From: Candidatus Zixiibacteriota bacterium
GTDB taxonomy: Bacteria > Zixibacteria > MSB-5A5 > JAABVY01 > JAHJOQ01
Length of the DNA: 64,000 bases
Assembly: GCA_018820315.1 (NCBI GenBank)
Contig: JAHJOQ010000092.1
Span: 6,591 to 70,590, forward strand
Reading direction: 5' to 3'
Shown here one piece after another: positions 57,128 through 64,000 of this stretch. The notes under the pieces were generated by a model that saw only the letters and a program-made list of their open reading frames with translations, was not told where the DNA came from and did no database searches. Within the stretch, counting starts at the first letter, position 1, and each line of letters begins with the position of its first letter. A program made the position numbers and the translations under genes.

Positions 57128-58717
57128 ATGGCTACGGGAGTTAAGAAAGGCGCGACCGCGAGCACGACGATAATCATCGTTGTTGGGTGCCTGGTTTTCG
57201 CGAATCTGATTTCAGTCAATCTGTTCACGCGCGCGGATCTGACGGACAGCGGAATATACTCACTGTCAGAAGCCTCGAAAGAGCTGGTCCACAATCTTAC
57301 GGACCGTGTTGTCATTAAATGCTACTTCACCGAGGATCTGCCGCCGCCCTATAACCAGAACGCTCGTTACCTCAAGGATCAGCTTGCGGAATATCGCGCA
57401 TATTCCGGCGGCAAGCTTCAGGTCGAGTTTGTCGATCCCGCTCAGACTGACAGGGAGCAGGAAGCTCAGCAATATCGTATACCTCCGGTTCAGGTGAACG
57501 CCTACGAGAGCGACCGTCTTGAGATCAAGAAGGTCTATATGGGAATGGTCTTCCTGTATGAAGACCGGACAGAGGTGTTGCCGGTGCTTCAATCGACTGC
57601 CGGGCTCGAATACGAGATTTCTCGCACTATCCGCAAAATTACATCGGCTTCGATGCCTCGGATCGCATTTGTCACAGGTCATGGGGAGTCAGACTTGCAG
57701 CAGACTCTCAAGAATATTAATCAGGTTTTGTCCCGAGAGTATATCATCACTCCGCTTGACCTGGCGAATCAAACTGAAATACAGAGCAATATCGACGCCG
57801 TTCTGATTGTGTCGCCTAAGGCGGCATTCAGCGAGTGGGAGCTGTTTCTTCTCGACCAATACCTGATGAAGGGGGGCAAGGTCGGATTCTTCATCGATAA
57901 ATTCAATTGCGATATACAGAACAATAGCTCGACTCCTATTTCAACCGGACTGGGTGACCTGCTCAGAAAGTATGGCGTAGGAATCAACGATGACCTGGTC
58001 TTGGATGCACTATGTGCGAGGATAGGGGTGCAGCAGCAGACTGGGTTCTTCCGCATCCAGAACCAGGTGGAGTTTAGATATTTCCCGCGCGTCACCGATT
58101 TTCAAGAGGAGAATGTGATCGTAAAGGGCTTCGACGGCCTCACGTTCACATTCATCAGTTCGCTTGACACTGCCGTCGCCGTTCCACAGGGTGTTCAGAG
58201 AGAGATTCTTGCCTGGTCATCCGAGCTGTCTGCAGCAGAAAAGGATCCATTCAATTTCGATCCGTTCAGAGAGTTTGGACGCGCCGATCTTGACCGTCAG
58301 CACATTCCGCTTGTCGCGGCTATGACGGGGCAATTCCCGAGCTATTTCTCTGGTATGGGGATACCGATGTATACCGGGACCGATACAACGTTTAATCCTG
58401 CGACAGTCGTGAAAGTTGACTCATCGATGACCACAAGAATGATCGTCGTTGGTGATGGCGATTTTGCTGAGGATCGAAATATGAGTTCGCAGAGCAATCT
58501 GGTCTTCTTCATGAACGTCGTCGACTGGCTATCTCAGGACGAAGGCCTCATTTCGATTCGATCCAAGCAGGTCGCGAGCCGTCCGCTCGATGAGATTTCC
58601 AGCGGTTGGAAACGCGTTATCAAGTATTCCAATATCCTGGCCATGCCAATTCTGGTGATCATGTTTGGCGTGATTCGGTGGCGGATTCGCAAATCGAACA
58701 AGAAGAGGCGACTCTGA
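57128..58717 (+). CDS. gldG: GldG-like ABC-transporter auxiliary component (N-terminal TM, large extracytoplasmic domain, C-terminal TM)
   Basis: About 530 aa. TM at N-terminus and near the C-terminus (ILAMPILVIMFGVIRW). Conserved gldA-gldF-gldG order. Confidence 0.55.
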   Translation: MATGVKKGATASTTIIIVVGCLVFANLISVNLFTRADLTDSGIYSLSEASKELVHNLTDRVVIKCYFTEDLPPPYNQNARYLKDQLAEYRAYSGGKLQVEFVDPAQTDREQEAQQYRIPPVQVNAYESDRLEIKKVYMGMVFLYEDRTEVLPVLQSTAGLEYEISRTIRKITSASMPRIAFVTGHGESDLQQTLKNINQVLSREYIITPLDLANQTEIQSNIDAVLIVSPKAAFSEWELFLLDQYLMKGGKVGFFIDKFNCDIQNNSSTPISTGLGDLLRKYGVGINDDLVLDALCARIGVQQQTGFFRIQNQVEFRYFPRVTDFQEENVIVKGFDGLTFTFISSLDTAVAVPQGVQREILAWSSELSAAEKDPFNFDPFREFGRADLDRQHIPLVAAMTGQFPSYFSGMGIPMYTGTDTTFNPATVVKVDSSMTTRMIVVGDGDFAEDRNMSSQSNLVFFMNVVDWLSQDEGLISIRSKQVASRPLDEISSGWKRVIKYSNILAMPILVIMFGVIRWRIRKSNKKRRL

Positions 58718-59661
58718 TGAAGAAGCAGTATCTCTCGATACTTATTCTTATCGTTTTGGTTGCGGCGTACTTCGCGGTGCAGCACCGGGAAACATCAATC
58801 ATTGGTCCAAAAGGCTCTTCAGAGTTTCTCGACATCGATACTGCGACAGTAAACAAGATTTCCATGCGAAGACTCGGAGCCGCGGTGACTTTGACGCGGG
58901 CGGCGGGCATCTGGTATGTCGCACGGGATGAGAATGCGTATAAGGCGGATGCAAGTGCCATAAACCAGATTGTGACTGCGATTGCGGATGTTCAGGTAGG
59001 TAATGTGATCTCCGACAATCCTGGCAATCAGATCAAATTCCAGGTTGATACACTGACTGGCTCGACGGTCGAGCTGTACTCCGGAGACAGGTTGGTTGCG
59101 GGGTTGGTCGTCGGGAAGATGTCGAGTGACTTTGGGCACACATATGTGCGAAGGATAGGGAGTGAAAACGTCTACCTTGCAACGGGGATGTTGACGCACC
59201 AATTCACCAGAGCACCGGACGACTGGCGAGATCATACGGTCATTGAGGTTCCTCAGGATGACGTCGTCTCGATAGAAATCAAGTCTGGAAAAGAGCATTA
59301 TCAGGTAGTTCGAAGCGACTCAATATGGCAGTTATCGAGATTCCCATTCAGCGAAACAATTGATGGCGATCAGGACAGGATTGGTAGGCTATTGAGCACG
59401 GTCTGTCAGCTTGATGCGAGCGGCTTCGCAACCCCCTACGATACAACAGAGTATGATTTTGCCGATGTGCAGTCGATCTGGTCGATCACTTTAAGTGATG
59501 GTTCAGCTACGCTGCTCGAAGCCGCTGTTCCGATAGGGGATAGCAAACGGCATTTTATGAGAGTTTCGGGCGACGAAACGATATTTATATTGCCTGATAA
59601 CGTTTGGAGTGAGATCGCGAAAAGTATCGATGATCTCCTTCCAGACGAAAAAAACAGTTGA
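58717..59661 (+). CDS. DUF4340-like protein (commonly found downstream of gldG)
   Basis: TGATG overlap with the gldG stop. N-terminal TM MKKQYLSILILIVLVAAYFA. About 315 aa. Confidence 0.4.
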   Translation: MKKQYLSILILIVLVAAYFAVQHRETSIIGPKGSSEFLDIDTATVNKISMRRLGAAVTLTRAAGIWYVARDENAYKADASAINQIVTAIADVQVGNVISDNPGNQIKFQVDTLTGSTVELYSGDRLVAGLVVGKMSSDFGHTYVRRIGSENVYLATGMLTHQFTRAPDDWRDHTVIEVPQDDVVSIEIKSGKEHYQVVRSDSIWQLSRFPFSETIDGDQDRIGRLLSTVCQLDASGFATPYDTTEYDFADVQSIWSITLSDGSATLLEAAVPIGDSKRHFMRVSGDETIFILPDNVWSEIAKSIDDLLPDEKNS

Positions 59662-59852
59662 CAAGTTCGTCTCCATTTTGTATTGATGCTAAAGCCCTTC
59701 ATACACAGCCCTCTTATCAGGCGGTCGGTGAATCATAGATTTCCGACCGCTATTGTTTTTGCCACGCTTAATATTGAGTATACACGAGTCACTGTTTCTA
59801 CCCACTATAGTCACTCGTCCTATCGATCAGTCAATCTGCTCGATGGGTCGGC

Positions 59853-60491
59853 ATGGAATCGCTACTTTCCATCATGAAGAAGATCATTTCGCTCTTAAAG
59901 AAAAACTACGCACAGGCATGTTGCACGTTGCAGCATGCATCGCCGCTTACGTTGCTGATATCTACCATACTATCAGCGCAGGCAACCGACAAATCGGTCA
60001 ATGCGGTCACCCCTGACTTGTTCAGGAGATTCCCCGATGCAGAGTCTTTTGCCAAGGCGCGGCTGGCATCAATTGAAAAGATTATCAAGCCGCTGGGACT
60101 GTACAAAAACAAGGCAAAGTCTATACGCAACTGTTGCAGAATACTACTCGATGAATTCGGTGGTGAAGTCCCGCGCACGATGGCTGAGCTTGTACGCCTA
60201 CCGGGTGTCGGGCGCAAGACTGCGAATGTTGTTCTCGGGAATGCGTTCGGAATCGAAGAAGGGATTTGCGTTGACACTCATGTCGGAAGGCTTTCTCGAA
60301 GGATCGGACTTTCCGAGTCGAAAGACCCTGCAGATGTAGAGCAAGACTTGATGAAGAAGGTGCCAAGACCAGACTGGACAATCATTTCACACTTGTTGAT
60401 TGCGCATGGTCGCGCGGTTTGTGACGCGCGAAAACCTGACTGCGAGAACTGCTTCCTGAAGAAGCCATGCCCAAGGAAAGGCGTGGAGTAA
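59853..60491 (+). CDS. nth: endonuclease III (DNA glycosylase/AP lyase)
   Basis: HhH-GPD LVRLPGVGRKTANVVLGNAFG with catalytic Lys/Asp context. C-terminal 4Fe-4S ligand set CDARKPDCENCFLKKPC. Confidence 0.9.
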   Translation: MESLLSIMKKIISLLKKNYAQACCTLQHASPLTLLISTILSAQATDKSVNAVTPDLFRRFPDAESFAKARLASIEKIIKPLGLYKNKAKSIRNCCRILLDEFGGEVPRTMAELVRLPGVGRKTANVVLGNAFGIEEGICVDTHVGRLSRRIGLSESKDPADVEQDLMKKVPRPDWTIISHLLIAHGRAVCDARKPDCENCFLKKPCPRKGVE

Positions 60492-60495
60492 CAGC

Positions 60496-62052
60496 CTAAT
60501 CCCCCCCAAACACAAACGCGGTGAATTTCTGAATTTGGGCGCCCGTTTTCCAGGCGTCGGTGGGAAGGCCCGCCTTGCGGCATGTCTGTGCGAGAAATGT
60601 CTCACGGTCCCATCCGTAGTCTGTTGCAACCTGCGGAAGGAGCAACCCGCGCCGTCCCATGTGCGAGATCATCAACCCGTCGCGTCCAACTGTAATATCG
60701 TTCACGTCCTCGACATCCACTAACGGAGTCAAGACCGATATCTCCAGATCGATCTTGTCGAGTTCTTGCTTTGACAAGGGATTGAAACGGGGGTCGCGCA
60801 ATGCTGCGCTGACTGCACATTCCGATACGCACTCTTTTAGTGGCACAATTGCCTCGGTATACCCGATGCAACCCCGCAACTGCCCATTAATTGTGATAGT
60901 CACAAACGCCGCCCCCGGCTCGGCCAGTTTCCCGGAGAGATTGTCGAGCGCCGGTCTGTCGCCGTTGTTCACTGCAGCCTCTATTGACTGACGCGCAAGT
61001 TTCAACAGTGCGTGTTGCTCAGACTTGCTCAGATACTCTTCTGTCTCATTCTTTTCTGACTTCTGAGGCTTTGTTTCCACTTCGTCCTCCCTGTATATCA
61101 CAGCCGAGACATAACCGACAACACTTGTGGGATCGCCTGAAGATGTTCCCGAATCGTCGTACTTGAGAATTCTCACACCGGTCAGTCCAAGCCTCTCACA
61201 GGCGATCAGCACTGCCGCAGTCGGCCCACCGCCGCACATCTTGGCGGCGTCGGTCTGTAATTTCGACGCCAGCGTTTCGCCCTTCATATTCTGTATCAAC
61301 GAAATGCAGTAATTATCATATTGCTCAGCTGTTTCGCGTGGATAATAATGTGAGAGATCAGTCGAAACTACAAGCAGGATGTCATCGCGACCACGGAGCA
61401 CATTTGATAGCGCATCGGCCAGCGCTTTGATCGTAGTCTCAGACTGATATCCCATCTCGATGGGCACGATCTTGAATCTACCGAGTACTCGCTGCAGGAA
61501 CGGCACCTGAACCTCGATCGAATGCTCCTGGCGATGTTCTTCTGTGCCGGGATATATGGCGCTGCTCTCGTTGCAGAGTCTGTCTGCCAGTTCTGCGTCT
61601 ATCTCGACGTCGCCGAGCGGCGTACGCCACTTTCCCTCATTATATACGGCGCATCCGTCGAAGCCAACCCTGTGGGATGGTCCAATGATTATGATTGTCG
61701 AGTAGTCGAGACCCTTTAATAATTTGTAGCCGTATGCGGCGGTCGGTCCGGAATATATGTAACCCGCATGAGGCGAAATCAACGCAGCGGGACGACCGAC
61801 ATCTGACGGCACGGTGGCGAGTGCGATCATCGAATCGACAGTACTTGCCAACACAGCAGGATTGCCCGGATAGAATACGCCGGCGAATTGGGGGATTCGA
61901 ATGCTGCCGGCGAACAAACACCCGACGAAAATCAGCAGAATAGCTGCCGCAATTTCAGAAGACCATCCAAATTTCATTTGTTCGAGCTGTCCAAAGCGTA
62001 TAATATAGAGTAAGAGTGTTATACCAATGTCTATGGAAATATCTGTAATCAC
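60496..62052 (-). CDS. fusion protein: AmmeMemoRadiSam system protein B (Memo-like dioxygenase fold) + AMMECR1 domain (system protein A)
   Basis: N-terminal TM, then the Memo-like block AALISPHAGYIYSGPTAAYGY. C-terminal AMMECR1 block GAAFVTITINGQLRGCIGYTEAI...GLLLPQVA. Confidence 0.68.
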   Translation of the reverse strand: MITDISIDIGITLLLYIIRFGQLEQMKFGWSSEIAAAILLIFVGCLFAGSIRIPQFAGVFYPGNPAVLASTVDSMIALATVPSDVGRPAALISPHAGYIYSGPTAAYGYKLLKGLDYSTIIIIGPSHRVGFDGCAVYNEGKWRTPLGDVEIDAELADRLCNESSAIYPGTEEHRQEHSIEVQVPFLQRVLGRFKIVPIEMGYQSETTIKALADALSNVLRGRDDILLVVSTDLSHYYPRETAEQYDNYCISLIQNMKGETLASKLQTDAAKMCGGGPTAAVLIACERLGLTGVRILKYDDSGTSSGDPTSVVGYVSAVIYREDEVETKPQKSEKNETEEYLSKSEQHALLKLARQSIEAAVNNGDRPALDNLSGKLAEPGAAFVTITINGQLRGCIGYTEAIVPLKECVSECAVSAALRDPRFNPLSKQELDKIDLEISVLTPLVDVEDVNDITVGRDGLMISHMGRRGLLLPQVATDYGWDRETFLAQTCRKAGLPTDAWKTGAQIQKFTAFVFGGD

Positions 62053-62949
62053 ATGTCAAAAAGCAAGGTAGTTCTGGTCAAGTCGAAATCGCTCAGTTCA
62101 GGAGGAGCTGGCGATCAACGTATCTTGGGGACAATGCTCTCCAAAGGGCTCTCCGTTTTGTATGACGGGATAGATTCTGTGGACGCATGGAGAAAGCTCA
62201 GCGATTCTACCGGCAGGGTTGGGATGAAGACGAATTGTGTATCCGGAAGGAACATGTCAACTTCAGTCGAATTGGCGACGGCTCTTGCGGAAAAGCTTGT
62301 CGCTGCAGGAAAGGCGGAGCGTGACATAATCATTTGGGATAGGCAGAACAGAGAACTCGAATCGGCCGGATACTCCCTGAATTATGCCAAGAATGGTGTC
62401 AGATGTTTTGGAACAGATACGCGCGATGTCGGGTATGCAAGCTCTTTTCACACGAATGGCAAGGTTGCCAGCATGGTGACAAACATCCTCGAAATTGAGT
62501 GTGATCATCTGATTAATGTTCCGATCCTCAAGGATCACTCTCTGGCGGGCGTATCGGGTGCGATGAAAAATCTTTACGGCGCAATTCACAATCCGAACAA
62601 GTATCATGACAACAATTGCGATCCGTATGTAGCCGAATTGAGTGCGCTGCCGATTATCAGGAGCAAATCGTCACTCATCGTGACCGATATGACGCGTGTG
62701 CAGTATCACGGTGGACCCGGATTCAGGGGCTCGTATGTTGTGAAGTATGGAGCGGTGATTATGTCGTTTGATGCTGTTGCAATTGATGCTATCGGAGGGA
62801 CGATCCTCGACCGGCTTCGCATTGAGAACGACATGCATACTCTGGCGGAGTCCGGTCGGCCGGCAAAGTGGCTCATCACTGCGGAGATGCTCGGTCTCGG
62901 CAACTCCGATCCTGCAAATATCGAACTGATTGTGATTGAGGTCGATTGA
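62053..62949 (+). CDS. DUF362 domain protein
   Basis: KVVLVKS...RVGMKTNCVSG...TSVELATALAEKLVAAGKAERDIIIWD follows the DUF362 N-terminal pattern (V.IVK...VLLKPN...HP.VV.A......G...IVGD). Confidence 0.5.
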   Translation: MSKSKVVLVKSKSLSSGGAGDQRILGTMLSKGLSVLYDGIDSVDAWRKLSDSTGRVGMKTNCVSGRNMSTSVELATALAEKLVAAGKAERDIIIWDRQNRELESAGYSLNYAKNGVRCFGTDTRDVGYASSFHTNGKVASMVTNILEIECDHLINVPILKDHSLAGVSGAMKNLYGAIHNPNKYHDNNCDPYVAELSALPIIRSKSSLIVTDMTRVQYHGGPGFRGSYVVKYGAVIMSFDAVAIDAIGGTILDRLRIENDMHTLAESGRPAKWLITAEMLGLGNSDPANIELIVIEVD

Positions 62950-62953
62950 TTCC

Positions 62954-64000
62954 ATGAGACGGAGATCATTCATCAAGAGAGTAGGCGCGACAGCGGGTCT
63001 GATGTGTGCCGGAGGCCATATCTGCGATGTGATCTGTGGTTCACTGGAAAATGCGTACGCATTCGGTTATACAGACTCTCTTTCTGACGTCGAAGCGCGG
63101 TATTATAAGAAATTGGAAGAAGATATTATCCAGTGCCAACTCTGTCCGCGCGAGTGCACGGTATCTGATGTTGAACGGGGGTTCTGCGGAGTGCGCGAGA
63201 ATCAGAAAGGCGTTTACAAGACGCTCGTCTACAACCGCGCCTGTTCAATGAACATTGACCCTATCGAGAAGAAGCCTCTGTTCCATTTTCGGCCCGGTAC
63301 GACTGCGTTCTCCATAGCCACTGCCGGATGCAACGTTAACTGCAAGTTCTGCCAGAACTGGAATATCTCGCAGGTTAGGCCGGAGCAAGTGCAGAATATC
63401 GAATTGACATCTGACGAGATAGCCGCCGAGTGCATCGAGCGAAATATCCCGACCGTGGCGTACACTTACTCCGAGCCGGTGATCTTCTACGAGTATATGT
63501 ACGATACCGCCGTCAGGACGCGCCGGGACAAGATCAGGAATGTCGTCATTACCGGCGGGTATATCAATGAGAAACCGCTGCTTGAGTTGCTGGAGGTCGT
63601 GGACGCGGTCAAGGTCGATCTCAAGTCGTTCTCAGAACAGTATTATAAAGATATCGTGAATGGTGAGCTGAAGCCGGTTCTCGAAAGCATAAAGCTGATT
63701 CACAAGAACGGAAAATGGCTGGAGCTTGTCTATCTTGTCGTGCCAACTCTCAATGACTCAGATGAAGAATTTCGCAATCTATGTCGCTGGGTCAGGGACG
63801 AATTGTCGCCCGATGTCCCGATTCACTTCACTCGATTTCATCCGACATATCTGATGACGAACCTTCCGCCTACACCGGTTGAGACGCTCGAGCGTGCATT
63901 CGCCATCGCTCAAGACGAAGGTTTGAACTTTCCATATGTCGGCAATGTGCCGGGCAATAAGGGCGAGAATACTCGCTGTCCGAAGTGCGGTGATGTCGTG
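62954..64000 (+). CDS. AmmeMemoRadiSam system radical SAM enzyme (3-prime partial) with twin-arginine-type N-terminal signal
   Basis: MRRRSFIKRVGATAGLMCAGG Tat-like motif. CNVNCKFCQNW CxxxCxxC radical SAM cluster motif. Frame open to the window end. Not in the ORF track because no stop lies within the window. Confidence 0.72.
   Translation, partial: MRRRSFIKRVGATAGLMCAGGHICDVICGSLENAYAFGYTDSLSDVEARYYKKLEEDIIQCQLCPRECTVSDVERGFCGVRENQKGVYKTLVYNRACSMNIDPIEKKPLFHFRPGTTAFSIATAGCNVNCKFCQNWNISQVRPEQVQNIELTSDEIAAECIERNIPTVAYTYSEPVIFYEYMYDTAVRTRRDKIRNVVITGGYINEKPLLELLEVVDAVKVDLKSFSEQYYKDIVNGELKPVLESIKLIHKNGKWLELVYLVVPTLNDSDEEFRNLCRWVRDELSPDVPIHFTRFHPTYLMTNLPPTPVETLERAFAIAQDEGLNFPYVGNVPGNKGENTRCPKCGDVV

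Noticed and set aside
1-64000. CRISPR arrays, integrases, transposases
   Set aside because: I scanned the window for direct-repeat arrays and for recombinase or transposase-like ORFs and found none. The T6SS locus has no visible mobility genes in this window despite the tRNA flank.

Overview
The housekeeping genes are clear and syntenic: yebC-ruvCAB, queH/queA, ispD-ispF, dedA, ddl, cysS, nth and two tRNAs (Thr-UGU, Tyr-GUA). The contig is about 50% GC, uses strong Shine-Dalgarno sites, and many genes overlap by 1 or 4 nt (ATGA or TAATG). It also encodes several proteins with Por/T9SS C-terminal sorting domains. Together these point to a Fibrobacteres-Chlorobi-Bacteroidetes (FCB) lineage outside the Bacteroidetes proper, most likely a candidate phylum (Zixibacteria-, Latescibacteria- or Ignavibacteria-like; I could not determine which). 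The main accessory feature is a 24.7-kb minus-strand locus (20262-44943), bounded on one side by tRNA-Thr, that I read as a complete type VI secretion system. The core order runs PAAR, peptidoglycan-binding HExxH metallopeptidase, HEAT protein, two small unknowns, LysM-phosphoesterase giant, pentapeptide-repeat protein, ClpV split into two translationally coupled ORFs, TssB, TssC, Bacteroidetes-type Hcp, VgrG, TssE, TssF, TssG, TssK. The locus closes with a C-terminally anchored TssL-like protein, a P-loop GTPase-like transmembrane protein (TssM-like) and a Cys-free periplasmic protein. The Hcp sequence type and the apparent lack of TssA resemble the Bacteroidetes T6SS-iii, but the membrane components look TssL/TssM-like, which T6SS-iii is said to lack, so this may be a hybrid or undescribed T6SS variant. 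A second unusual system is a family of secreted proteins carrying paired C-terminal dockerin modules, each bracketed by cysteines and each with an EF-hand-like DxDxNxxxDxxD loop. Their payloads are a streptopain-family C10 peptidase, a papain-like peptidase paralog with thrombospondin-type-3 repeats, an FG-GAP beta-propeller and a 1300-aa aromatic-rich unknown. In addition, the partial first ORF combines cohesin-like modules, a dockerin-like segment and a T9SS tail, which suggests a cellulosome-like surface assembly anchored by T9SS. The 3-prime end holds an AmmeMemoRadiSam system with a fused Memo-AMMECR1 protein, a DUF362 gene and a Tat-signal-bearing radical SAM enzyme. The window also carries a gldA/gldF/gldG-like ABC cluster. 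Coordinates that I derived by hand (tRNAs, terminators, promoters, revised starts) may be off by 1-2 nt.
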